DNA from: a virus
Lineage: Duplodnaviria; Heunggongvirae; Uroviricota; Caudoviricetes
IMG/VR virus record: IMGVR_UViG_3300009709_000002
Coordinates: 96,001-160,000 of that record
Direction: 5' to 3' (one strand)
DNA: 64,000 nt
Shown here: positions 47,177-56,152 of the stretch, piece after piece
How the letters are laid out: the number at the start of each line of letters is the position of its first letter
Position numbering within the stretch: position 1 is the first letter of the stretch
Position numbers and translations under genes: made by a program
Notes under the pieces: generated by a model
The model's database searches: none
Told to the model about the DNA's origin: nothing
The model's input: only the letters and a program-made list of their open reading frames with translations

Positions 47177-47384
47177 GCGTTGCCCATTCGGCGAGCTTGC
47201 CTTCGATGGTGCGCGGGATCGAATCGTACTTCGGATCAGCGAAGAAGAAAATGTCCCAGCGGCCTGTCGCCTTGAACTTCACGTAGGCAGCACGGTGCTC
47301 CTTATTCGTCGGATCGAAGTTCACGCGGGTTTGGCGTTGCAGGTTGCCTGCGAAAACGAAAGATGCGTGATCTACGCTGCTCAT
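47124..47384 (-). CDS. hypothetical protein
   Basis: FDP.NK.HR..Y..F...W motif. Confidence 0.7.
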   Translation of the reverse strand: MSSVDHASFVFAGNLQRQTRVNFDPTNKEHRAAYVKFKATGRWDIFFFADPKYDSIPRTIEGKLAEWATRVETAEYEAKAGELATV

Positions 47385-47824
47385 GGTGTTTCTCCTTTTA
47401 AGTGATCGACTACAATGCCAGCCCGTCTTAGAAGATCTACCCCAGATGTATCACGATATTGCCTACGATAGACCACCCTGACAATCTTCGCCTGGATGAT
47501 TAGTTTCGCACAATTCTCACACGGTGAGTCAGTGCAATACATCGTAGAGCCTTCGCTATTACCGCTTCCACAAGCCAACTTCATTAAGGCATTGCTTTCA
47601 GCGTGGAGACCGATTGGGTTTGTCTTAACTCCACCAGCTCCGTCATCCAGTTCTAGCTCCTCATGCGGAAACCCAGACGGCATACCATTGTAGCCGTCAG
47701 AAATGATGCACTTGTCTTTGACGACGAGAGCACCAACCTTGAGACGAGTAGCGTATGAACGTTTGGCCCAAACCTCAGCCATTTGCATGTACGCTTCGTC
47801 AAGTTCAATTCGATTATATTCCAT
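47381..47824 (-). CDS. dCMP deaminase
   Basis: GYNG.P, HAE.NA, SPC..CAK.I.Q; leaderless promoter 47831-47859. Confidence 0.92.
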   Translation of the reverse strand: MEYNRIELDEAYMQMAEVWAKRSYATRLKVGALVVKDKCIISDGYNGMPSGFPHEELELDDGAGGVKTNPIGLHAESNALMKLACGSGNSEGSTMYCTDSPCENCAKLIIQAKIVRVVYRRQYRDTSGVDLLRRAGIVVDHLKGETP

Positions 47825-47861
47825 TCCATAATTCTAAACCATCATGGAACGGAGGTAAATT

Positions 47862-48164
47862 TTAGAGCTTATCGGCAAACAGCTTGGCGATCACCATCGG
47901 CTCGGCGTTGTCGAACAGCAGCTTGTGCGGCGTGTCGATGACGACCTTCTCATCTTCGCTTTCATAGCGCCACGTTTCAGCCGGCCAGTTCATGTGAAAT
48001 CGACCGAGCGGTTTGCCATCAGCGTCGGTGCAGTTGCCCGAAGAATCAATCTGCATCAGCAGGTTGCCGCGGCCATCGCGGTAGTACGCGGTGTCGGTGT
48101 CAAGGTCCATTTCTTGCTTGAAACGCTTACCATCGATGATCACCAGCTTTTCATATTGCGACAT
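47862..48164 (-). CDS. hypothetical protein
   Basis: 100 aa, AAGGAG RBS. Confidence 0.7.
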   Translation of the reverse strand: MSQYEKLVIIDGKRFKQEMDLDTDTAYYRDGRGNLLMQIDSSGNCTDADGKPLGRFHMNWPAETWRYESEDEKVVIDTPHKLLFDNAEPMVIAKLFADKL

Positions 48165-48167
48165 TGA

Positions 48168-48743
48168 TTACACTCCTTGTACGTATCCACGGAAAGTCAA
48201 GCTGATTCGTTCACCGCACATGAAGCTAGCCTTCGGAATGCGGTGCATGTGGGTGTCTTGCATCCCGGCGTGCATGATGGCGAAGCTGCCATGCGCCAAG
48301 TTCAGCACGGTTTTCTCACTCAGGTTGCCGATCTCAGCGAACCAGATGTCACGAGCTACCCCGAAGGAGATGATGACAATCGGTCGTCCATCGTCCATCT
48401 CAGGGGAGTCGTCAGAATGCCAGCCTAGATGGTCGGACTGGTCCTTGTAGTAGTTGAGGAAGCAGACTTCAAAGTTCACGCCTGCTATCAGCTCGGCCAT
48501 GCCACGGAGCCGAAGCAGAGTGTCAGTCCACGGCTGCGCGTTGTAGGTGCGGGCGAAATCTTTCGAGCCGTAAGTGTACGGGACGCCGAAGTCATTGCAG
48601 TAGTACTCCGAGCGAGGCGTCTTATCAATGCGCACCCAATCGAGCTCTTCCTTCAATGTCTTGAAGTAGTGGTCCGAGCGCGGAATGCAGCCCGGAATGT
48701 AGGTGACTGGAACGCAGTCCAGCTCTTTTCTGATTATTGCCAT
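48168..48743 (-). CDS. alkB: AlkB-family 2OG-Fe(II) dioxygenase
   Basis: LN.Y, WHSDD, SFG..R, H.IPK, RISLTFR; start moved to MAIIRK. Confidence 0.9.
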   Translation of the reverse strand: MAIIRKELDCVPVTYIPGCIPRSDHYFKTLKEELDWVRIDKTPRSEYYCNDFGVPYTYGSKDFARTYNAQPWTDTLLRLRGMAELIAGVNFEVCFLNYYKDQSDHLGWHSDDSPEMDDGRPIVIISFGVARDIWFAEIGNLSEKTVLNLAHGSFAIMHAGMQDTHMHRIPKASFMCGERISLTFRGYVQGV

Positions 48744-48783
48744 TTTCTTCTCCGAGAAGGGAGGCTCCGGCCTCCCACCTTGC

Positions 48784-49884
48784 TTAGTGGCTGTCCAACA
48801 GCGAGAACAGTGCGAGGCGCTTCCAATCCGAGACCGACGGGTCCTTGCGGATCGAGATGACATCCATCAACGAACGGAAGTTGATGTTGGAAGTCAGATC
48901 CTTGTACTCGTCGAGCAGGTTGAGAGCGTCGTGCTTGAGTTCGAGCGCTACATCAGACATAACTTCGCCGATGACGTGGCGCATACGTTCGATCCGCTGC
49001 TCGTTGGTCATCGAAACATCGACCTTGTGGCAGCGAGTGCGAACTGCTTCATCGACCTTGCGAACGTTCATGTTCGAAATGAAGATGATCGACCCAGTGA
49101 AGAGGAATGCGGTCGGCGCCGACGAACGATTCATCGCAGCCGAGGACGTATTCCAAGTTACCCAGCGTTCATCATACGTATCGAGCGCTGCCTTCAGCAG
49201 GTTGACTGCCGTGCCATCCTTGAGCACCGAATCGCAATCATCGAAGATGATGATTTTGTCGCGGTAGGTGTACAAGAACTCGTAAAGCCCGGCGGCAGAG
49301 GAGTAACCCTTCATGATGACGAAATCACCAGGTTCGAAGTGCTCCTTGACGGTTTCTTCGACGCGGTTGTCTTGAACTTCACGAGTTTCGTCTTCGGTTT
49401 CGACTTCCTCTTCTTCCTCTTCAGCGATCTCAGTCGTTTCACGAACCGGCTTGATTTTCTCCGGCTTCGGAGCCTTCTTTACGTCGATCTTGCCGGCCGC
49501 TGCCAATTCACCGAGAACCGTGTGGGTCTTACCGACACCACCTTCGCCGGTCAGCAGCACCGAGCGAGCGTTCTTGTTGATGACCATCTTGATCAGATCG
49601 GCCAACATTTCGAAGCGTTCGTTGATGGTGAAGGTCGGGCGGAGAGCTCGAATGATAGGACGGAAGGAATCATTTGCAGCCATCTCGATGACCGGGCCAT
49701 CCGCCGGCTTCCTGGAGATGATTTCCACCTTGGTGATTCCGTGCATGCGGACTTTCTGGTTCGCTTGGTCACGAACGAGATATTCCAGGTAGTCCAACTT
49801 CTTAGACTTAACGAGTGTATTCCCGTTGTAGTTCAAGTGGTACTTGTCGGATTCCTCATGCCAGAGAATTTGTGCAACTGACAT
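48784..49884 (-). CDS. P-loop AAA-type ATPase
   Basis: GEGGVGKT, FDDCD, NLLKAALD, IFISN; promoter 49922-49950. Confidence 0.85.
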   Translation of the reverse strand: MSVAQILWHEESDKYHLNYNGNTLVKSKKLDYLEYLVRDQANQKVRMHGITKVEIISRKPADGPVIEMAANDSFRPIIRALRPTFTINERFEMLADLIKMVINKNARSVLLTGEGGVGKTHTVLGELAAAGKIDVKKAPKPEKIKPVRETTEIAEEEEEEVETEDETREVQDNRVEETVKEHFEPGDFVIMKGYSSAAGLYEFLYTYRDKIIIFDDCDSVLKDGTAVNLLKAALDTYDERWVTWNTSSAAMNRSSAPTAFLFTGSIIFISNMNVRKVDEAVRTRCHKVDVSMTNEQRIERMRHVIGEVMSDVALELKHDALNLLDEYKDLTSNINFRSLMDVISIRKDPSVSDWKRLALFSLLDSH

Positions 49885-49975
49885 TTTAACTCCAAGGTGG
49901 TTGTTGATTTACGATAGAATAATTATAACATCAACCAATCTCGGAGTAAACAGGTTTGTGGAGATTTTGAGCTTT

Positions 49976-50299
49976 TCAGCTTAGATATGCTTCAATGTAA
50001 CTTTCTAGCGTAGATTTTGTAACCACGCCAGACTTACGTCCGAGTTCTTCACCATTGCTCAGAAGAACTAGAGTAGGAATTCCGCGAACGCCATACTTCT
50101 GAGCGGAACCTTCAAGAGCGTCAGTGTCGACCTTGATGATCTGCACGCGGTCACCCATCGACTTATCGACTTGATCAAGCACAGGAGCGATCGCCTTGCA
50201 AGGGCCGCACCAGTTTGCGTAGAAGTCAAGGAGAACTGGAATTTCAGAGGTTTCTACCAGCGTTGAAAGTTCATCACCGGTTGTTGGAGAAATAATCAT
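49976..50299 (-). CDS. trxA: thioredoxin
   Basis: WCGPC, VRGIPTL. Confidence 0.95.
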   Translation of the reverse strand: MIISPTTGDELSTLVETSEIPVLLDFYANWCGPCKAIAPVLDQVDKSMGDRVQIIKVDTDALEGSAQKYGVRGIPTLVLLSNGEELGRKSGVVTKSTLESYIEAYLS

Positions 50300-50355
50300 G
50301 ATGTGAAATTGCGAAAAGAGGTTGCTTTACTACTGGGCGAGTATTTATGGTGATG

Positions 50356-50580
50356 TTAGGAAAACAGCGTCCTGCCTGTCTGATCAACCATCGTTACGTG
50401 GTTGATCAGCTGCCCATTGTACTCTCCACCAGCAAGTGCTATCTCGCTAAGCTGATGTAGAAAATCTGCGGCCTCGGTGAAGGTGCTAAAAGCTTGCGAT
50501 GTTCCTTGCAGGAACTTTCCTGCGCCATGCGCGTCTGGATAGAGCCATAGCACATAGTAGTCGATGATAGTGTCAGTCAT
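50356..50580 (-). CDS. hypothetical protein
   Basis: 74 aa, coupled. Confidence 0.6.
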   Translation of the reverse strand: MTDTIIDYYVLWLYPDAHGAGKFLQGTSQAFSTFTEAADFLHQLSEIALAGGEYNGQLINHVTMVDQTGRTLFS

Positions 50581-51142
50581 CTGTGTGGTGATCCAAGAAT
50601 TCTGGGGTGATGTCTTTCATGTGCTTCTTGATGTAGTCATAGGTGATCGGCTCATACTTGTGAACGTCTACACCTGCATCAAGAATTCGTCCGGTAAATG
50701 GATACTTGAGATTTCCATGACAATGACCATGTATCATAAATGAACCGTGGCCCATCTTGTTCCATGAGATCATTGGGAAGTGGCAGAGCACGAGCTTTTG
50801 ATTCTCACGAGTAGCGTCAACATCGGGGATGTTTAGCTCATAGTACTCCTTGATCCACTCAAAGCGGTCCTGGAGTAGCTTGTTCTTCTTGATGACCTGA
50901 TCGTGATTGCCCAAGATCAGGTAGATTCGACCGTTGAGTCGGTCTAGCACTTCTCTTGCTTCTGTGACACCCATGAAGAAAAAGTCACCGAGGTGGTAGA
51001 CTTCATCGGTCGGCTTGACCTTGGCGTTCCATCTTTTGATTAGTTCCTCGTTCATATGATGCTTGTCATTGAACGGTCGCTTCGAGTACTTAATTACATT
51101 CTGGTGTCCAAAATGTGAATCGGAGGTGAACAATTTCGTCAT
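50573..51142 (-). CDS. metallophosphoesterase
   Basis: SD.HFGH, LGD, GNHD, H.P, HGH.H. Confidence 0.9.
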   Translation of the reverse strand: MTKLFTSDSHFGHQNVIKYSKRPFNDKHHMNEELIKRWNAKVKPTDEVYHLGDFFFMGVTEAREVLDRLNGRIYLILGNHDQVIKKNKLLQDRFEWIKEYYELNIPDVDATRENQKLVLCHFPMISWNKMGHGSFMIHGHCHGNLKYPFTGRILDAGVDVHKYEPITYDYIKKHMKDITPEFLDHHTDD

Positions 51143-51146
51143 TCTT

Positions 51147-52475
51147 CTATTTTGTAAAGATGACGTTCCTCACTCTTAAAATTTTCGATGAAATGTGAAT
51201 GAACGTCTTAACATTTTGGTCAGTGAGAAGCCACACCCAACGGTTAGGGTGCTGTGGTTCCACCTTATTGCCATCGCCATCCGAGATCACGATGACCGCG
51301 TCTGGATAACAGCCGTACTTTGCTTTGAAATTTGTCTGCAGCTCGGTCTCTATGATGTCAAACCGAGTTCCGCCGCCTACCGTGTATGCTTTCTTTGGGT
51401 CCGTGATGTTTTGAACGTCAGTGTCAAACAGGTAGAACTCACAGTCAAATAAGTCCTTCTCCTCGCGGAATGCCTCGATGATGCTATAAAACTTGGGCAG
51501 CTGGCTGAGGCAAGAACCAGACACGTCCATGAAAACTGCTACGAAAAGCTTTTGTCGAAGAGGCTTGTCTATCTCCATTCTTCCAGGTAGTACCAAGCCA
51601 TTGGTGGGAGTAGCTATAGTCTGGAAGCGACGATGTTCTTTGCGGAAGGTCTCTACCACCTTCGTATGCTTCTTGAGACGAGTCCGCTTCAAATTCTCGA
51701 TGATAGTCTTGAAGTTAACGACAGGTGGCTTGTGTTTTTCCAGTACAAAATCGAAGCAGCCTGTACCAACTCCTGCACCGTTCAGCTCTGGCTCATCATT
51801 TCCACCAGCCCCGAGCACAGAAACGAGATCAGCTTCATCCATCTCAGCTGCTAGCTTACCAGCGGCACGTTCACGTTCCTCATTATCTTCTTCATCACCA
51901 GGTTCACCATCTCCACCGCTTCCACCTTCACCGCCTTCCTCACTACCGTGCTCATCCATCAAGCCTTGGCCATCTGACTTGCTAGAACCATCTGGCTCAG
52001 TTTCAGCGATCAACAGCGCGAGATAGTACAAGAACGATTGATTGCGCTTGACGAGGTGCGGTTGCTTGAAGCAGGTTTCAATCCAGCAGAATTTCTTCCA
52101 ATTGTCGATGTCTTCACGGTCAAAACCGAAAAGATCGACAGCCATCTCATTGATGGTGATGTCTTGCGCTACGTTCGCCAAGCGTGGAGTAGCGCCTTTG
52201 ATGTGCTTTCCGTTCCGCTTAAAGTGATCAAGAATGACGTGAAGGCACTCATGAACGATCACGAACTGCTTGGTGATTGGAGACAGCGCACCCCAAAAAG
52301 CTTCATTCAAGAGCAAGATAGGAGGTGCGTTCTTCACAAATTGAACTGCAGCTGTCGGAAGCTCGTCTGTGAACATCACGCTCGTCATGTTCCAAAACGT
52401 GTAGAAGACCTTGTGGTAGTCTTCGAGCGTTCCGGCGATCTTTACCAGATCTTCATTTGGGACGAGCTTTCTCAC
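51147..52475 (-). CDS. metallopeptidase-like plus VWA protein (DUF2201-type)
   Basis: HECLH, N.AQD..IN, DVSGS, FDT, GGGT, SDG. Confidence 0.85.
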   Translation of the reverse strand: MRKLVPNEDLVKIAGTLEDYHKVFYTFWNMTSVMFTDELPTAAVQFVKNAPPILLLNEAFWGALSPITKQFVIVHECLHVILDHFKRNGKHIKGATPRLANVAQDITINEMAVDLFGFDREDIDNWKKFCWIETCFKQPHLVKRNQSFLYYLALLIAETEPDGSSKSDGQGLMDEHGSEEGGEGGSGGDGEPGDEEDNEERERAAGKLAAEMDEADLVSVLGAGGNDEPELNGAGVGTGCFDFVLEKHKPPVVNFKTIIENLKRTRLKKHTKVVETFRKEHRRFQTIATPTNGLVLPGRMEIDKPLRQKLFVAVFMDVSGSCLSQLPKFYSIIEAFREEKDLFDCEFYLFDTDVQNITDPKKAYTVGGGTRFDIIETELQTNFKAKYGCYPDAVIVISDGDGNKVEPQHPNRWVWLLTDQNVKTFIHISSKILRVRNVIFTK

Positions 52476-53833
52476 TCCGACACCTCAACCAGTTCAGTGG
52501 TTTTCATCTCAGCTTGTCCATCAACTGGCTGTAGCGCAGCTTCAATCTTCGGCTTGATGTACTTCCACTGATTGTTTGTCCAGATAGAACCAGCTGCGGC
52601 TATCGACTTCTTCGACACTGCCATAGTGATCTGCTGGAAGTTTGTCGGTTGATTACCGATCCGACCAGCAATTCCCCACATTAGACGATCAATCGTCGGC
52701 TGCCTGCACGAGATCAAAATGTCTGCGAATCGGTTGCTCAGCTTCCTGATCAAATGAGGTTTCGTTGTGTAGATGCGGTTGAGCTCCGACTCGATAGTAA
52801 CTCCATTAGACAACATCACCCTGAAGTCCATGTCATTGATCATAGTACCAACACCAGCATCAGCGCTTTCGTTCGGCACCAGATCAATCACATCATCGAG
52901 CGTCTTGATCGTAAAGACCTTCGCATTTTTCTTCTTGGAAGCTGCAACCGCGTCGATGAATGGTTGCACGATTTCCTGCGGCAGTTCACCTTTGAACTTG
53001 GTGAAGAACTCCGTAGCTGCCGGATCTTTCTTCTTTACCAGATCGAGTAGTTTCGTGACGTTGTTGCCTTGCGACAAGATTGCTTTCGCAGCGTCAAGCT
53101 CGGTTGTTTGGGCAAGTAGGTCTTTGAACGGAATCGCTTTGATCGAGTCGCGAAGCTCTTTGATATTAATTTTGCCTGGTTCAGGCGCAACGATGTCCTC
53201 GAGGCGCGATCCGTCAAGGTAGCCTTCGACGAGATATTCCAGCCGACGAGGAGATACTTTAGCCTGTGCATCAGCCGGAAGAGCATTCCACCAATCAATG
53301 AAGTAACTCGCGATGCTCGGATACTTGCCGCGGAAGTAATCTTCATCGATCTTGTACGGGAACTTGATGTAGCAGTGGAAGCGGTCAATGAGGGCTGGGT
53401 CGAGCTCTTCAACGTTGTAAGTCCCTGTGTCGTCATACGGATTGATAGCACCCCAAACACACTTGAGGTTGTTAAGCTTGTGACCGTTGATGCTCTTAAA
53501 CTGGATGAGCTCCAGCACTGCATCTAACGTCTTCGAGCTAGCTCGATTCAGCTCGTCGAAGAAAATAGCGTCATACACATCATCTTCAATGTACCAAGGG
53601 CGGATCAGCTCAGTCACTGAGCGGCGGCCTTCACGTTCGATTACTTTCGGAACACCAACCAAGTCTACCCAAGGGTCCATGGTCGGAGCACTAAAGTACT
53701 TCCACCTGAGACCGCACATTGTGAACACGCCGTCGATCGTTGCGGTTTTACCAACTCCACGATGGCCCTCGAACAGAACATTTCTGCCAGTCTTGACATA
53801 ATGCTCCAACATCGACATGTTCATCAGTGACAT
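52472..53833 (-). CDS. MoxR-like AAA+ ATPase
   Basis: G..GVGKT, DL.G.P, FFDELNRA, A.NP, LDPA..DRF. Confidence 0.88.
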   Translation of the reverse strand: MSLMNMSMLEHYVKTGRNVLFEGHRGVGKTATIDGVFTMCGLRWKYFSAPTMDPWVDLVGVPKVIEREGRRSVTELIRPWYIEDDVYDAIFFDELNRASSKTLDAVLELIQFKSINGHKLNNLKCVWGAINPYDDTGTYNVEELDPALIDRFHCYIKFPYKIDEDYFRGKYPSIASYFIDWWNALPADAQAKVSPRRLEYLVEGYLDGSRLEDIVAPEPGKINIKELRDSIKAIPFKDLLAQTTELDAAKAILSQGNNVTKLLDLVKKKDPAATEFFTKFKGELPQEIVQPFIDAVAASKKKNAKVFTIKTLDDVIDLVPNESADAGVGTMINDMDFRVMLSNGVTIESELNRIYTTKPHLIRKLSNRFADILISCRQPTIDRLMWGIAGRIGNQPTNFQQITMAVSKKSIAAAGSIWTNNQWKYIKPKIEAALQPVDGQAEMKTTELVEVSE

Positions 53834-54283
53834 TTAGCTTCTCCGTCTGTTAGCGCCGGTCTTAACGCTTGTTTTCATATCCTCTTCCGACATCAAAATC
53901 ATCGGACCCTTATTGTACGCTGGTGCAAGTCGGTTCAACTTCTCTTTAGCTTCTTCAGCCGCCGCTGCATCACGTTGTCTTAACGCTTCAATCTGATCTC
54001 GGTCCAGGTCCAAGTGCTCTGGTACCATTTTTTTCTGCTTCAGCGCTACGGCTCCAGTTACGCCAGTGTCTACGCTATGAGCATTTTCATGTCCACCGCG
54101 GCACATCTCAATTCTTCCACGGATTTGTTTTGCCTGATTTGCCCAGAAATCATTCGCCTGGGTGATCGGACCTTTCTTGGTTAGCTTTCGGGTGTTATTA
54201 GAACCTTCATTCTTATGCCGTGCTAGCCACTCTTCATACTCCTTCTGCTCCTTGGCAGTCAGAGTCTTTCGGACGTGTAGCAT
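53834..54283 (-). CDS. conserved phage protein
   Basis: APAYNKG motif; promoter 54326-54354. Confidence 0.7.
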   Translation of the reverse strand: MLHVRKTLTAKEQKEYEEWLARHKNEGSNNTRKLTKKGPITQANDFWANQAKQIRGRIEMCRGGHENAHSVDTGVTGAVALKQKKMVPEHLDLDRDQIEALRQRDAAAAEEAKEKLNRLAPAYNKGPMILMSEEDMKTSVKTGANRRRS

Positions 54284-54377
54284 TTGTTACTCCAAGGTTA
54301 CAACAAAAATCATACTTACAAGACAATTATAAACCATCGATGATGCAAAGTAAACAAAACTTGCACCTCTCCGGAAA

Positions 54378-54409
54378 GAGATAAAGCCGGCGTTAGCCGG
54401 CTTTATCTC
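54378..54409 (-). terminator. terminator-like hairpin after the nrd operon
   Basis: 14-bp inverted repeat GAGATAAAGCCGGC. Confidence 0.65.
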
Positions 54410-54740
54410 ACTTGTCGTGCTTTGCTGATGGAATGCTGAAAGGATGGTCAATAAACAACTGCTTTTCTGCATTCTCTAGAACGAACTGTTCTAGAGCTTT
54501 TGCAGCAGGAAGCATGATCATATTCAAAATGCCCCGCATCTCATCTGTCATGTCTTCGTAGTACAGCATCACTGTCCAAATTACACTGCCGTTTAGTGGT
54601 GACGTGTCTTTGAAAACCTGCGTCTTTGGCGATGATTCAGTCGTATTGACCTTCACAGTATCAAGCCCGAGGAGCCGGGTTTCATGCTTGTCGCCAACTT
54701 GTTTTTGCTCAATCTTGTAGATGTATGCGGTCTTGTTCAT
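54408..54740 (-). CDS. hypothetical protein
   Basis: 110 aa, coupled to nrdB. Confidence 0.65.
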   Translation of the reverse strand: MNKTAYIYKIEQKQVGDKHETRLLGLDTVKVNTTESSPKTQVFKDTSPLNGSVIWTVMLYYEDMTDEMRGILNMIMLPAAKALEQFVLENAEKQLFIDHPFSIPSAKHDK

Positions 54741-55891
54741 TAGAAATCCAAAAGGTTGTCATCATTGACGTTGGTATCAAGAGCATTGATCACGTAGTCC
54801 GTGATTTCCTTCTCTTGCGGTGCAGTTTGATTGCTTTCTGCATCCAACCAGCTTGACAGCCACGTGAATGGATTGTCATTGTGCTGGTAACGCTGCTTGA
54901 GTCCGAGAGATTTCAAACGTTTGTTTGCGATGTGCTCGAGGTATTGGGACAGCAGTGTTTCATTGAGGCCGATAATCGATCCGTCTTTGAACAGATACGC
55001 AGCCCATTCTTTTTCCTGGCTTACAACTTCATCGAAGATCGCGTACACATCAGCTTCACATTCCTTCATGATCTGCAAGAAGTCAGCGTCATTTTCTTTA
55101 CGCTGAAGATTGCGAATGATGTTAAGCGGAATGCCAACGTGCTGCGATTCATCCTTAGCGATCAGACGGATGATGTCGGCATTGCCAACCATCTTGCCTT
55201 GCTGACCAAAAGCGAAGCTACATGCGAACGAGACGTAGAAACGAATCGACTCAAGAGCGTAAATTGAGATGAGCGCCAGGTAAAGCTTCTTCTTCAGCTC
55301 ATAAAGCGTGAGTTCATACGTCTTCTCATCTGGTGAACAACCATCTTGTGCAGTGGTGACTTCATGGTAGCCGGGGCCAAGAGCCTTGTACAAGTTGGCG
55401 TAGTTGATGAAGTCGTCATAGTATCGGACGATTGCAGCAGCGCGACCGACAATGTTCGAGTCTTTGAGAATAGAGTCAAAGACTTCAGATGGATCGGTGT
55501 AGAGGTTTTGGAGAATCCATTGGTATGATTGTGCGTGGATGTTCTCAAAAGCGGCCCACCAAATGACGCATCCTTCAAGCTCAGGCAGAGAAATCCATGG
55601 AATGAGCGCCACGAGAGGTGCACGTTCTTGGACAGAATCCAGCAAAACTTGGTATGCGATGTTCTTGGTGAAGATGTGACGTTCATGATCTGCGAGCAGC
55701 TTGAAGTCAGAATAATCTTTCGTGAGGTTGATTTCTTCTGGATTCCAGAAGAAACTCTTTTGAGTTCGTTTGATCTTGTCAAAGATCGGATACTTCATGC
55801 GGTCGAAACGAGCAATACCGGCTTCTTCGCCGAAAAACATTGGTTGCTCATTAGGATCAACAAAATTTAGGTTGAGAACTGTTGCGGTCAT
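54740..55891 (-). CDS. nrdB: ribonucleotide reductase class Ia beta subunit
   Basis: FW.PEE, LDSVQ, E.IH..SY, LE.IRFYVSFAC, DE..H, APQE.E...Y. Confidence 0.96.
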   Translation of the reverse strand: MTATVLNLNFVDPNEQPMFFGEEAGIARFDRMKYPIFDKIKRTQKSFFWNPEEINLTKDYSDFKLLADHERHIFTKNIAYQVLLDSVQERAPLVALIPWISLPELEGCVIWWAAFENIHAQSYQWILQNLYTDPSEVFDSILKDSNIVGRAAAIVRYYDDFINYANLYKALGPGYHEVTTAQDGCSPDEKTYELTLYELKKKLYLALISIYALESIRFYVSFACSFAFGQQGKMVGNADIIRLIAKDESQHVGIPLNIIRNLQRKENDADFLQIMKECEADVYAIFDEVVSQEKEWAAYLFKDGSIIGLNETLLSQYLEHIANKRLKSLGLKQRYQHNDNPFTWLSSWLDAESNQTAPQEKEITDYVINALDTNVNDDNLLDF

Positions 55892-55951
55892 TGATTCACT
55901 AATGTTAGACTACTGAGATGCGATTATAATTGGCATCCCAGCAGCTTGATA

Positions 55952-56143
55952 TTATTTCGTGTAGATTGTGCGACGACCAGTGATCTCGCCAGTTTTGCTG
56001 TTTTTCACAACAACAGTCTTAGCTTCGATCTCTTTCTTGTCGCCAATGAACAGATTTTCCTTGGCATTCACGTCCAAGAGCTTAAGCTCGCCTTTGGCTT
56101 TCTTGTCGAAATTGTTTGGTTTGATAAGCTCTTTGACTTTCAT
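55952..56143 (-). CDS. small basic protein
   Basis: 63 aa, AAGGA RBS. Confidence 0.65.
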   Translation of the reverse strand: MKVKELIKPNNFDKKAKGELKLLDVNAKENLFIGDKKEIEAKTVVVKNSKTGEITGRRTIYTK

Positions 56144-56152
56144 GCTAGTTCC

